Shown in pieces: positions 35,994 to 46,185 of a stretch of 64,000 bases of DNA. The DNA comes from a virus. The notes below the pieces were generated by a model. It saw only the letters and a list, made by a program, of their open reading frames with translations, was not told the DNA's origin and ran no database searches. The stretch lies in IMG/VR virus record IMGVR_UViG_3300031963_000013; one strand, given 5' to 3'. Position 1 is the first letter of the stretch. Every line of letters begins with the position of its first letter. Both the position numbers and the translations under genes were made by a program.

Positions 35994-36794
35994 ATGAGTA
36001 CAATAAACGGAGGACCAAGATACCTACTCGATACGTTAGCAGGACAGAATGCCGCTGCTGCTTACTCTCTAAGACGACTTAGAAGCTCGTATACTGGTGC
36101 TGCTATTAGAGTTAGACGCTCTAACGATAATGCTGAAACGGATATTGGGTTTGATGTGAATGGAAATTTGAATGAAGCGGCATTGACGGCGTTTGTTGGT
36201 GCTAATAATGGGTTTGTGGTAACATGGTACGACCAAAGTGGTAATGGAAGAAATGCAACACAAAGTACAGCAGTTAATCAACCTCAAATAATTGCAAGCG
36301 GTGTTATTTATCGCAGAATAAGCAGGCCATCTGTTATTTTCCAATCAAGCGCATTTATTCAGCATACATTATCTTCTAATATTTTACAGCCCGGTACTGT
36401 TTTTAGTGCATTACAATATACAGAATTAGGTTCAAGAATTTCTTTAGGTTCTAATAATGATGCGAGTAGGTGGCAAATGTACAGGGCAAACGGAACTTTT
36501 TTTATAAACATTTTTTCTGGTACTGTTTTAAGTTCATCAAATTCAACGCAGTCTTTTATTTTGCAGTACGCATTGTTCAACGGAGCAAACTCTGCTATCG
36601 GCATAAATGGTTTATCTGCAACAACGGGTAACGCTGGTTCACAGGAAGTTAGTGCTTTTAGGCTTGGGGCTGATGCTGGTGGTGCATTTTTTACAAATTG
36701 TTTTATTTCTGAAATTATAATTTACGCATCAAATCAATCCTCCAAACGCACCTCAATCGAAGCAAACATCAACAACTACTATAAGATTTTCTAG
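35994..36794 (+). CDS. ConA/LamG-like lectin-fold protein, paralogue of the upstream gene
   Basis: AAAAYSLRRL..SYTGAAIRVRRSNDNAETDIGF...WYDQSGNG...ISEIIIY...IEANINNYY. Confidence 0.7.
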   Translation: MSTINGGPRYLLDTLAGQNAAAAYSLRRLRSSYTGAAIRVRRSNDNAETDIGFDVNGNLNEAALTAFVGANNGFVVTWYDQSGNGRNATQSTAVNQPQIIASGVIYRRISRPSVIFQSSAFIQHTLSSNILQPGTVFSALQYTELGSRISLGSNNDASRWQMYRANGTFFINIFSGTVLSSSNSTQSFILQYALFNGANSAIGINGLSATTGNAGSQEVSAFRLGADAGGAFFTNCFISEIIIYASNQSSKRTSIEANINNYYKIF

Positions 36795-36803
36795 AATTCA
36801 CCG

Positions 36804-36811
36804 TATTTATA
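36804..36811 (+). promoter_or_regulatory. Putative late promoter TATTTATA followed by a leader hairpin
   Basis: Hairpin at 36822-36845 lies between the motif and ATG 36854. Confidence 0.55.
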
Positions 36812-36853
36812 TCAAACCCCCGTCTCAGGGACAGTGAACTGAGGCAGTACTAA

Positions 36854-39800
36854 ATGGCAAACGAATTCGTAGCGCGCAATGGTCTAATTGCGTTAGACAA
36901 CTCAACAATTACTGGTTCTTTAGGTGTATCCGGTGGCATCACTGGATCTTTGTTTGGTACTGCCTCATGGTCTACAAACGCTCTCACTGCATCCTTTCTT
37001 TCAGGATCTGTAGAAAACGCGGTAAGCGCTTCATTCGCTACAACAGCTTCATTCGCTATTTCTGCTTCTTGGGCGCCAACAGGCAACGCTACTATTACTG
37101 TAGGAGACGAGGGAACAACGCAAGGTACAGCAACTTATTTTAATTTTATAGGCGCCGGAGTAACAGCAACTGTGTCTTCCGATACCGCTTCTATTAACAT
37201 TCCCGGCGGAGCAGGAAGCACGTTTCCTTTTACCGGATCGGCTATTATAAGCGGCAGCCTGATTGTAACAGGATCTATTTTTGTTACTCAATCACATATA
37301 TCAACTGTAGATTACGTTGATTTTAACATAAATGCAGCAACTCCAACGCACGTAGAAGGTAGAATACACTGGGATATAGATAGGAAAACATTAGAGCTAG
37401 ATACTGACGTTAACAACTTTATGATTAACGTTGGTCATATGAATGTTTTAAGGGGAAGAAATACAAATCCGTTTACACTAACTAAAGGAACAGTTGTTTA
37501 TATCAACGGCAATTCTGGCCAATTTGCTACATTTGCAACAGCAAGTTGGGAAGATGATCCTAGATCAGCATACACTATTGGTGTTATAGCTCAAGATGTA
37601 AATTCTAACAACTTCGGTTACGCGATCACAGACGGAGAAATCACAGGTATCAATACAAACGCATTCGCTCCAGCAACATTACTGTACCTATCTTCTTCAG
37701 GTCAATACACCAGCGTTGTACCTACTGCTCCTAATCACACAGTGAGATTGGGGCAAGTAGTTGTTCAATCTACTAGCGGTATTTTACAAGTTAAAGTAGA
37801 TAATGGATACGAATTAGGGGAACTTCACGATGTTCGTGATACTACAACAACATCTTCTTACGGAGATTTATTAGTTAAGAGCGGAAGTATTTGGGCGACA
37901 GGGAAACAATTAACCGGTTCGTACGGCCTAACTGGATCTCTCAACATAACAGGTTCACTACGTTTATCAACGCCAACGTATAACACATCCAGCATTAACG
38001 TACTAACGTACAATACGGGAAGTGACGAAGTAGAGTACAGTACCATTAACGATTTAACGTTTACTAAAAACATTGTTACCGTAGGTTTACAAGGGAGTAG
38101 AGACGTTAATTACAATGTCATTAAAACAGCTGTAGAAAGCATTACAGACGCAGCTGAAAATAACACATACACGGTAAGAGTTTATCCAGGCATCTACATT
38201 GAAGACACAATCACAGTGCCTTCTTGGGTAGCTGTAAAAGGCGACAGTTCAATTTCAACAGTAGTATCAGCGTCAAACCCGAGCCAAAGCGTATTCGTAA
38301 TGAGCGACCAGTCAATGGTCATCGACATGCAAGTACAGGGATCAACCGGACCAGGTGCTTCAGCTATCGTATATTCATCAGCAACGACTCCACAAAGAAA
38401 TGCTATCGCATACGCTGAAAATATTCGTTTTGGAACCAATTACACCAACGCAAAAGTAATTGGTAGTGGAAGTAGCGGTAACTGTATATTACAGTGTTCT
38501 AATGTTAAGTATGGTGGTTACACAGACAATACTTTACAAAAATCATTTGATGTAGGTTTCCACGTTACTTCTGGTTCAAGTGGTGGTATTGGTAGAATGC
38601 AGTTACGTAACGTAACTTCTACTAACGGTGGTGTAGCAGGAACAGACAATAATCAAATCTTTGCCTTAGCAGATGCCCCAGGTTGTACATTCATTGTTAA
38701 TGGATGTTTATTAACAAGAGCAACTGGTACTGCTAGAGGTACTGGATTTAAAGTATATAATGGAGGTCAACTTCGCTTAACAGGTGTTAACTTCCAAAGA
38801 TGGATAAATGGTATTTGGGCTCCACAAACAGGATCTGCTCCAAGTATAGATGCTATTGCCCTTAACTTTGAAAACTGTACTACTGACGTATTAATTGAAC
38901 ACACAGGTTCAACTGGTAAAGTACAAGGAACAGATAACTTCTTAAAGACACAAATCGCATTAAATGCCCCTCTTTATGAAGTAGGACAAGATCCAAGAAA
39001 GATAACCGTTGGTAAAAAAGGAGCTGACTTTACTTCAATCAGTGCTTCTGTAGCTTACATTACAGACTCAGCTGAAGATAATAGGTATGTAATTGAAGTA
39101 GGACCTGGTCAATTTACAGAAAATACAATCGACTTAACAGGTAAACCCTACGTTAGTATTGTAGGTAGTAACATTCAAACTACCCAAATATTCCCAAGCG
39201 CATCTAACCAGCACATCATTAAGATGGGTATCAATAACGAGGTATCCTTCTTAAGTTTAGCAAATGCTGGATCTGGGTATTCCGCTTTGTATATTGATGA
39301 TGTTGGTGATTTTGCTCAAGCACATAAAATTTCAATAAACAATTGTGATAGGGGTATAACTATAAATGCAAGTACAACCGACACTCAGTTTTATGGTGAA
39401 TATATTGATATAAACGGGGCTTTCACTTATGGTGCTTATGTATCATCTAGTGGTGGCGCTTCAACATATTGTAACTTAGAAAACTATTACTTATTCCCAT
39501 CAGCAAGCGCTACTATAGGTAACTATGCTGTTGGCCCTAGCTCAAGTCTAAATCTATATGTAGGATCATTTATAGGAGACGGAACTACTAATTCAACAGC
39601 AGTAAAGCTAGAAGACGGAGCAACTTTAGAAGCAGGTGCTTTAGATGTACAGGGGTGGGATTATGGGTACGTTGTTCCTAATGTTGGCAATCCTCCACTC
39701 TTTAGAGTAGTGGGATCTATGATACACGATTCTACAACCTATGATTTTGATATACAAAAAGTAGGCACTCAAGGAAGGTATCAAGGTATATCTGATCATA

Positions 39801-42800
39801 CCAAAATAAACAGTGTAAGTGAAGATTTTTATTGGAACTTCTTAGATGATACAGACGGTGAAAATGACATTACAAGAAAACTATCTGTAACATTTGCAGA
39901 CGGTACTCACACAGACGCTACTACCCTTATCTTTAAAGGTAGCTCAATGGGAGTATTGGAAGGAGGAACCATAACAATCTCCGGTAGCTTAACCGTTACC
40001 ACAGCCGCAGGATACGGTTACTTACACGATCCAATCAATCCAGAAGTGTTTAAAAGGTTTGATTGGGTTAACCAAAATATAACTCTATCTCCAAACACTA
40101 ACAACTATATTTACATCAACAGCAACGGCGTGTTGTCAGCTGCGGGCTCAACACCAAACTTTGCTCAAAACATTATATTAGGAAGGGTAGTTACAAACGA
40201 TACTGGAGTTGAGTTAATAGATCAAAGCCCATGGAACGCAGAACACACAGCAAATAGGTTATCTAAATTCAATAGAGAAGCCTTAGGACCTGTGTTTGCT
40301 GAAGGATCTATTGTTACCGAAAACGTTACGCCGTTTAAATTAGACGTGACACAGGGTAGCTACTACTTCTCAGAAAACAACTTCCTACCAGCAGGCACAT
40401 CATCAATCAATCTAACACAATATTACCAAAGCGCTTCAGTTTGGGCTAGATACACTTCATCCATAGTGCCAAACAATGTGTACGCTTCAAGTAGTGCTTT
40501 AGTAGCAATGTCTGCTTCAGCGTACACTAAACACACAGTGTACCTTGTGGGAGATGGTGTAGATGAAGAATACTTCTTAGTAATTAACAACAACCAATAC
40601 AACACTCTAGTAGAAACTGAAGGCGCAGACCTACCAACCATACCAACGTACTTTAACGACGGCGTAGTGCCGTTAGCCGCAGTGTACGTCCAATCAGGCT
40701 CCGCTAACATAACGCAAATACAAGACATTAGACCGATTATTGGTTTTAGAGCTGCTGGTGTAAACGCATCTGCTGTACACGGAAACTTATTAGGTCTAAA
40801 CGCAGACGATCACACGCAGTATCTTCTTGTTGATGGTGGCAGACAAATGAGCGGTGATTTGGGATTAGGAGGAAACGATCTCTACAACGCTAACCTCATA
40901 TCGGGATCAAATGTCGAAGCCCCTACAGCAACTATCGCAAACATAAATGCCACTTCGATTACTGGCTCATTGCTTGGAAATGCGACTTCTGCAACAACAG
41001 CGTCATACATTCTACAAGCAGTAAGCGCATCGTTTGCATCAACTGCCAGCTTTGTACTTAACGCTGTAAGCAGTAGCTTTGCCTCTACATCATCGATAGC
41101 CACTAGCGCTTCGTTTGCAACCAGTGCTTCTCAGGCACAAAATGCCTTAACTGCTTCTTACATTTTAGCATCGGGTGTTGCTGGTTTGAATCTTACACAA
41201 ATAGCAACAGGCAGTGTAACCGCTTCTGTATCTCCGTCTCAATTTAGTGTAGTAAGTGGAAGCGTAACTGAGTTTGTAGTAACTGGAACAGGTACACGTA
41301 TAGGAAGTGTAATTACAGACACACATACTATAACCGGTTCTGTTAATATAAGCGGAAGCACAACAATATCCGGAAGTTTAATAGCCTTAAATACAAACAC
41401 GACTAATAGTTTAATTGTTGGAGGAGCATACACATCAAGCGCAACTAACCAATATCATACTATATACAATCCGTCAATAGCAACAAGAAATGCTTCTGGA
41501 GACAATGTTTATTCTTTACAAATTAATCCACAATACACTGTTAATAATAGCCAAACTGTATACGGTCTATTAGTTGCTCCAAACGTAACGGTAAATTCAG
41601 CTCATACTTTTGTTAATCAAAGGATTGCTCATACTGGTGCTGGTGCACAAAACATGGCGATTAAGGGTTTAGAGATTGATATCAATGCGGGTGGAGGTAA
41701 CCCAGGCAACAAAATAGGCATTGATATTGCCGGATTTACTCAATTTAATCCAGGATCTACTGTTTCTGCTGGAATTAGAATGACTGACATTAACGTGCCT
41801 TATTTGTTAATGATCAACAACGCCAATAACCAGGCCTGCAGTACAGTAATGAGAAACAACGCGGGTAGCACACTTGTACAATCATTATCAGGTACTACTG
41901 GAGGAAATTCTGCTGATATATATACTACTGGAACAACAGTTCCTTTAAGATTGGGAGTTAATTCTTTAATTTATTTCCAAATATTTAACTCAAGCGGAAA
42001 TGTTGGAATTAATACAAACACCGACGCAGGCTTCCGCTTAGACGTTTCTGGATCTACTCGCCTAAATGGAGATACAGTAGTAACTGGCTCCTTCACCGTA
42101 GTTACAGGAAGCGCAAGAGAGCTCCAAGTTAGAAATGTAGGAGTTGATATTGGAAGTATTATAACAGATACTCACACTGTAACCGGTTCTTTCAACATAT
42201 CAGGTTCGTTAAATGCGCCCATCATAACCGGCTCTCTGTTTGGAACTGCTAGCTGGGCTAACAATACGTTAACTGCATCCTTTGTACAAAATGCACAGAG
42301 CTCATCTTTTGCGTCAACTGCTTCGTTTGTACAGAACGCTCAATCAGCATCTTACGTTTTACAAGCAGTATCCGCTTCGTTTGCAACAACTGCTAGCTTC
42401 GTACTAAACGCAGTAAGCAGTAGCTTTGCCTCTACATCATCGATAGCAACTAGCGCTTCGTTTGCATCTACATCATCTATAGCAACAAGTGCATCATTTG
42501 CAACAACAGCTTCATTTGCAGTATCAGCTTCATGGGCACCAAGTACAGCAACATCAATAACAGTAGCAGACGAAGGATCTACTCAAGGTACTGCAACTTA
42601 CTTTAATTTTACTGGTGCTGGGGTAACAGCCACAGTATCATCTAACACAGCATCTATAAGCATACCTGGCGGCGCTGGTGCTACTTTCCCATTCACAGGA
42701 AGTGCAATCATAAGTGGTAGCTTGATTGTAACAGGATCTACAATATCAACTTTAGGATTTACAGGATCATTAGAAGGAACAGCTAGTTGGGCAAACAATG

Positions 42801-43507
42801 CTATTAGTGCATCGTACGTTTTACAAGCAGTGAGTTCTTCGTTTGCATCAACCGCATCGTTTGTACAGAATGCACAAACAGCTTCTTATGTACTACAGGC
42901 AGTAAGTGCTTCGTTTGCTACAAGCGCTTCCCAAGCTCAAAACGCAGTAACAGCATCTTACGTGCTACAATCGGTAAGTTCATCTTTTGCATCAACTGCT
43001 TCGTTTGTACAATTAGCACAAAGCGCATCTTATATTTTACAAGCAGTAAGCAGCAGCTTTGCCTCTACATCATCGATAGCAACAAGCTCTTCTTTTGCGT
43101 CAACAGCTTCATTTGTACAGAACGCTCAATCAGCTTCGTACGTATTACAAGCAGTGAGTTCTTCTTTTGCATCTACGTCTTCAATAGCGATAAGTGCTTC
43201 ATTCGCAACAACAGCTTCATTCGCAGTCTCAGCTTCATGGGCACCAAGCACTGGTGGAAGTGGACTAAGGACCAAAGCAGGTTCAGTAGCAAACACTTCA
43301 TTTACAGGTAACCCAAGAAAAGCAACAGTAACGTTTGGCGCAGCATTTACCGATACAAACTACGCAATAACAGTAACAGGTGAAGATGCTAGATCGTGGA
43401 CTATAGAATCAAAATTAGCTGGTAGCTTTGTGATAAACGCAAACAGCAACCCAGCCTTAGCAGGAACAACTTATTGGATAGCAACAGCGTACGGTGAAAC
43501 AACTTAA
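36854..43507 (+). CDS. Giant Ser/Thr/Ala-rich fibre/spike protein (2217 aa) with two pectin-lyase-like beta-helix regions
   Basis: ELGELHDV; two beta-helix starts (IKTAVESITDA..NTYTVRVYPGIY and FTSISASV..ITDS..NRYVIEVGPGQF); HGNLLGL.ADDH.QYL; long SASFASTASF repeats. Confidence 0.75.
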   Translation: MANEFVARNGLIALDNSTITGSLGVSGGITGSLFGTASWSTNALTASFLSGSVENAVSASFATTASFAISASWAPTGNATITVGDEGTTQGTATYFNFIGAGVTATVSSDTASINIPGGAGSTFPFTGSAIISGSLIVTGSIFVTQSHISTVDYVDFNINAATPTHVEGRIHWDIDRKTLELDTDVNNFMINVGHMNVLRGRNTNPFTLTKGTVVYINGNSGQFATFATASWEDDPRSAYTIGVIAQDVNSNNFGYAITDGEITGINTNAFAPATLLYLSSSGQYTSVVPTAPNHTVRLGQVVVQSTSGILQVKVDNGYELGELHDVRDTTTTSSYGDLLVKSGSIWATGKQLTGSYGLTGSLNITGSLRLSTPTYNTSSINVLTYNTGSDEVEYSTINDLTFTKNIVTVGLQGSRDVNYNVIKTAVESITDAAENNTYTVRVYPGIYIEDTITVPSWVAVKGDSSISTVVSASNPSQSVFVMSDQSMVIDMQVQGSTGPGASAIVYSSATTPQRNAIAYAENIRFGTNYTNAKVIGSGSSGNCILQCSNVKYGGYTDNTLQKSFDVGFHVTSGSSGGIGRMQLRNVTSTNGGVAGTDNNQIFALADAPGCTFIVNGCLLTRATGTARGTGFKVYNGGQLRLTGVNFQRWINGIWAPQTGSAPSIDAIALNFENCTTDVLIEHTGSTGKVQGTDNFLKTQIALNAPLYEVGQDPRKITVGKKGADFTSISASVAYITDSAEDNRYVIEVGPGQFTENTIDLTGKPYVSIVGSNIQTTQIFPSASNQHIIKMGINNEVSFLSLANAGSGYSALYIDDVGDFAQAHKISINNCDRGITINASTTDTQFYGEYIDINGAFTYGAYVSSSGGASTYCNLENYYLFPSASATIGNYAVGPSSSLNLYVGSFIGDGTTNSTAVKLEDGATLEAGALDVQGWDYGYVVPNVGNPPLFRVVGSMIHDSTTYDFDIQKVGTQGRYQGISDHTKINSVSEDFYWNFLDDTDGENDITRKLSVTFADGTHTDATTLIFKGSSMGVLEGGTITISGSLTVTTAAGYGYLHDPINPEVFKRFDWVNQNITLSPNTNNYIYINSNGVLSAAGSTPNFAQNIILGRVVTNDTGVELIDQSPWNAEHTANRLSKFNREALGPVFAEGSIVTENVTPFKLDVTQGSYYFSENNFLPAGTSSINLTQYYQSASVWARYTSSIVPNNVYASSSALVAMSASAYTKHTVYLVGDGVDEEYFLVINNNQYNTLVETEGADLPTIPTYFNDGVVPLAAVYVQSGSANITQIQDIRPIIGFRAAGVNASAVHGNLLGLNADDHTQYLLVDGGRQMSGDLGLGGNDLYNANLISGSNVEAPTATIANINATSITGSLLGNATSATTASYILQAVSASFASTASFVLNAVSSSFASTSSIATSASFATSASQAQNALTASYILASGVAGLNLTQIATGSVTASVSPSQFSVVSGSVTEFVVTGTGTRIGSVITDTHTITGSVNISGSTTISGSLIALNTNTTNSLIVGGAYTSSATNQYHTIYNPSIATRNASGDNVYSLQINPQYTVNNSQTVYGLLVAPNVTVNSAHTFVNQRIAHTGAGAQNMAIKGLEIDINAGGGNPGNKIGIDIAGFTQFNPGSTVSAGIRMTDINVPYLLMINNANNQACSTVMRNNAGSTLVQSLSGTTGGNSADIYTTGTTVPLRLGVNSLIYFQIFNSSGNVGINTNTDAGFRLDVSGSTRLNGDTVVTGSFTVVTGSARELQVRNVGVDIGSIITDTHTVTGSFNISGSLNAPIITGSLFGTASWANNTLTASFVQNAQSSSFASTASFVQNAQSASYVLQAVSASFATTASFVLNAVSSSFASTSSIATSASFASTSSIATSASFATTASFAVSASWAPSTATSITVADEGSTQGTATYFNFTGAGVTATVSSNTASISIPGGAGATFPFTGSAIISGSLIVTGSTISTLGFTGSLEGTASWANNAISASYVLQAVSSSFASTASFVQNAQTASYVLQAVSASFATSASQAQNAVTASYVLQSVSSSFASTASFVQLAQSASYILQAVSSSFASTSSIATSSSFASTASFVQNAQSASYVLQAVSSSFASTSSIAISASFATTASFAVSASWAPSTGGSGLRTKAGSVANTSFTGNPRKATVTFGAAFTDTNYAITVTGEDARSWTIESKLAGSFVINANSNPALAGTTYWIATAYGETT
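42230..43250 (+). repeat. Low-complexity Ser/Ala coding repeats (SSSFASTASF / AQSASYVLQAV)
   Basis: Many imperfect copies; similar units at about 40960-41160 and in the 1269-aa gene. Confidence 0.8.
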
Positions 43508-43514
43508 AAAATTA

Positions 43515-43522
43515 TATTTATA
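43515..43522 (+). promoter_or_regulatory. Putative late promoter TATTTATA
   Basis: 7 nt before ATG 43530. Confidence 0.6.
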
Positions 43523-43529
43523 ATAGATT

Positions 43530-44138
43530 ATGCCTATATTTTATTTAGATAGTGGAAGTATAGATACGCTTGAAGTATCAAGCAGCTTACTTGTATCAGG
43601 TTCGCTTGTTATTAGCGGTAGTATGACGTCAACTTCCGGATTAACAGGAAGTTTGTTTGGTACTTCTAGTTGGGCAATAAACGCTACATCAGCTTCGTTT
43701 GCTGTATCAGCTTCGTGGGCTCCTACCCAAGCAAGCAGCGGTTTTCCATTTGCGGGAATAGCGGTTATTACAGGTTCGATAGTATTAACTTCAGGTTCTG
43801 GTTTTCCATCACTGTTAGCTTCTGAAACACTAGCAGCAGGTGATCTAGTAAACATACACTCAGGCGGAGTTAGAAAAGCTTCGAGTTCTGACATAACGAG
43901 ACAAGCGCACGGTTTCGTAACTCAATCCGCAGTTGCAACCAATCCGGTCGTTGTGTTTTACTCTGGGTTGATTACAAATCGCACTTCTTTAACCGCAGGA
44001 TCTAGATATTTTTTAAGCACAGATGGAGGCATACTCAGTACGCCCGCGGGTAGTCCTAATAACATATATCAAGAGGTAGGCGTCGCGATTAGCAGTAATG
44101 CTCTATTAGTTAACTTTGGACCAGTGGTAATATTATAA
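43530..44138 (+). CDS. Virion protein with an SGS-rich N-terminus and a capsid-cement-like C-terminal domain
   Basis: ASETLAAGDLVNI...AHGFV...LTAGSRYFLS..GG...QEVGVA. Confidence 0.55.
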   Translation: MPIFYLDSGSIDTLEVSSSLLVSGSLVISGSMTSTSGLTGSLFGTSSWAINATSASFAVSASWAPTQASSGFPFAGIAVITGSIVLTSGSGFPSLLASETLAAGDLVNIHSGGVRKASSSDITRQAHGFVTQSAVATNPVVVFYSGLITNRTSLTAGSRYFLSTDGGILSTPAGSPNNIYQEVGVAISSNALLVNFGPVVIL

Positions 44139-44147
44139 AATACTGTT

Positions 44148-45290
44148 ATGGCATTTCCTTTATACATAAATTCGACAGTAGACAACTACTACATAAAAAG
44201 ATCATCAAACACTGATGTAGTACAAGCGAGTCACTTTCCAGTATCAGCATCTAGTAACCTCTATTTTACAAATTTACCCGATCCGATATATTACATAACA
44301 AGCTCAGTTACGCAAAGTATAGCCCAACCGTTGCCCGGTACGACCACTGTGTTTCTTTCAACTGTTAAAAATTTTAGAAACACTCAAGTGCATTCTCCGT
44401 TCTATTTATTGGGTACTCGTACAGCAGTAGCTGCAAGCGGTCCAACTATAGATTATGGTACAAACAGTGCAACAAAAGCTATAAATATAGCAATTGCTTC
44501 TACTGCTACTGCTTTAACTAGGGGAATAGGTGGAACAGGAGATGGTTTGTTTAGAAGTGTTGCGGCGGGTTTAGCGGTTGCAAACACAACTTACCCAACA
44601 ACAATACAAGGTGTTACGTACAACGATAGCGTTTTATTCCCTACCAATGTAACAGACTTTTTTATAGGCTTAGCATCAGAAAATACAGATAGAGTAACAA
44701 TAAACTCAGGAAGTATTTATCTGAATAGATTTATAGGTTATAGTAGTAGTCTAGCTCCGGTTACATCAAGTAGACCTTTAAATATAAGCGGAAGCAGCAT
44801 TGCGCAAATACCGGCCGGTAATTTAATATCAAGCTCTGTTTTATTCGATACTGCAAGTTTGTGGCAATCGCAGAGTTTAGCTACAGACGTTGCTAATACT
44901 AGTAATACTGCTTACGTAACCGTGTTTACCACTACGGGATTGACAAACGGTAAAAGATATCTAGCTAACTTATATTTAATAGGAAGATCGGCAGCCGCAG
45001 CAACGGGGTTTAGGATGCGTGTCATTACAGGCAGCAATTACTTGGGAAGCCTGTTTACGCCCACGTCCACCACCGCGTACGCAATTCAAAATTCAGCAGA
45101 CGGTAACAATATAACAAGCATTACAGCCGGTACCTGGCCAACGTTAAACACAAACTTTTTGGTCTACGGAGAGTATTCGTTTGTAAAAACAGCCGCAGGT
45201 GACCCTCAGGTACAAATACTAAGCGAAACAGGCGGTACAGCTGTTACAGCCGGTTCGGGTAGCGTATTGTTTTACAGAGTAATAGAATAG
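44148..45290 (+). CDS. Ser/Thr-rich beta-rich virion protein
   Basis: Composition and position in the fibre cluster. Confidence 0.6.
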   Translation: MAFPLYINSTVDNYYIKRSSNTDVVQASHFPVSASSNLYFTNLPDPIYYITSSVTQSIAQPLPGTTTVFLSTVKNFRNTQVHSPFYLLGTRTAVAASGPTIDYGTNSATKAINIAIASTATALTRGIGGTGDGLFRSVAAGLAVANTTYPTTIQGVTYNDSVLFPTNVTDFFIGLASENTDRVTINSGSIYLNRFIGYSSSLAPVTSSRPLNISGSSIAQIPAGNLISSSVLFDTASLWQSQSLATDVANTSNTAYVTVFTTTGLTNGKRYLANLYLIGRSAAAATGFRMRVITGSNYLGSLFTPTSTTAYAIQNSADGNNITSITAGTWPTLNTNFLVYGEYSFVKTAAGDPQVQILSETGGTAVTAGSGSVLFYRVIE

Positions 45291-45294
45291 TATT

Positions 45295-45864
45295 ATGAGT
45301 CAATTTTCAAATAGCATCATATCGCCGATAAGCATTTTATCCGGATCGTGGACAACGTCGGTATCCGGAGGGTTTTCTATGCAGCTACCGAGCGGAAGCA
45401 TACCAACGTATCTTGCTGCTAACACCCCTTGGAGATATTCGATGCTATCAACTGCATTTACAACTACAAATACAGCTCAGCAAACTATAACCGGTTTACA
45501 GATAACTTTAGAAAACAACAAAAGGTATTTAATATACGGCAACCTGTTGGTATCAACTATCAGATCGGCTAACGGACCGAGGGTGGGAGTAACAGGCGCA
45601 AACTTAGCTCTTAACATATATAACATAGAAAATCCGACATCAACCACCGCCGTGCAACTCGGCCTAAATGTCACAGCCACAGCGGGCTCAGGCCCTGGAA
45701 ACAGCTTAACGAACTACTACTACGTACCCATAAGAGCGCTAGTAAGGGCGGCTCCCACAGGTGCACCCACTTGGGCGCCAACGCTATCATCGGAGGGAGC
45801 AGCTGGTGGCGCAACCGATGTTGGAATGGGTCCCTACAGCCACGTCTATTACAGAGAGTACTAA
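45295..45864 (+). CDS. Beta-rich virion protein resembling the C-terminal domain of the upstream gene
   Basis: TGL...LENNKRYLIY versus TGLTNGKRYLAN; both end with similar Y/F-Y-R-x-x motifs. Confidence 0.6.
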   Translation: MSQFSNSIISPISILSGSWTTSVSGGFSMQLPSGSIPTYLAANTPWRYSMLSTAFTTTNTAQQTITGLQITLENNKRYLIYGNLLVSTIRSANGPRVGVTGANLALNIYNIENPTSTTAVQLGLNVTATAGSGPGNSLTNYYYVPIRALVRAAPTGAPTWAPTLSSEGAAGGATDVGMGPYSHVYYREY

Positions 45865-45872
45865 TATTTATA
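45865..45872 (+). promoter_or_regulatory. Putative late promoter TATTTATA
   Basis: Before ATG 45887. Confidence 0.6.
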
Positions 45873-45886
45873 TAAAATAAGCAATC

Positions 45887-46162
45887 ATGGGATTAATCAT
45901 ATGCAAGTCGTGCTTCGATTCAAAAATAGCAAGCTGGAAAAAACCGTTTGACGAAAACGCAGGCGAGTTAGAATCGATTCCAGACTACAACGAATACGCT
46001 CAACACGCGCACATTTACCAGGTAACAGACATCGCGTCTAAACTCGACAACGGTGAAATGGTAGAAATACTGTGTGCTGTGTGTAAAATAACACACGTTG
46101 CAAAAGACGCGAACGGAGTAATTAAAGTAAAATACACCGGAGGCAACTGGGAAACATTTTAA
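45887..46162 (+). CDS. Small Cys/His protein, possibly metal-binding
   Basis: CKSC...HAH...CAVC..H. Confidence 0.6.
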   Translation: MGLIICKSCFDSKIASWKKPFDENAGELESIPDYNEYAQHAHIYQVTDIASKLDNGEMVEILCAVCKITHVAKDANGVIKVKYTGGNWETF

Positions 46163-46185
46163 CACAACAAACTAACACACAGTAA

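Noticed and set aside
35122-36794. Possible diversity-generating retroelement targets
   Set aside because: No reverse transcriptase in the window and no near-identical TR/VR pair differing only at adenines was seen.
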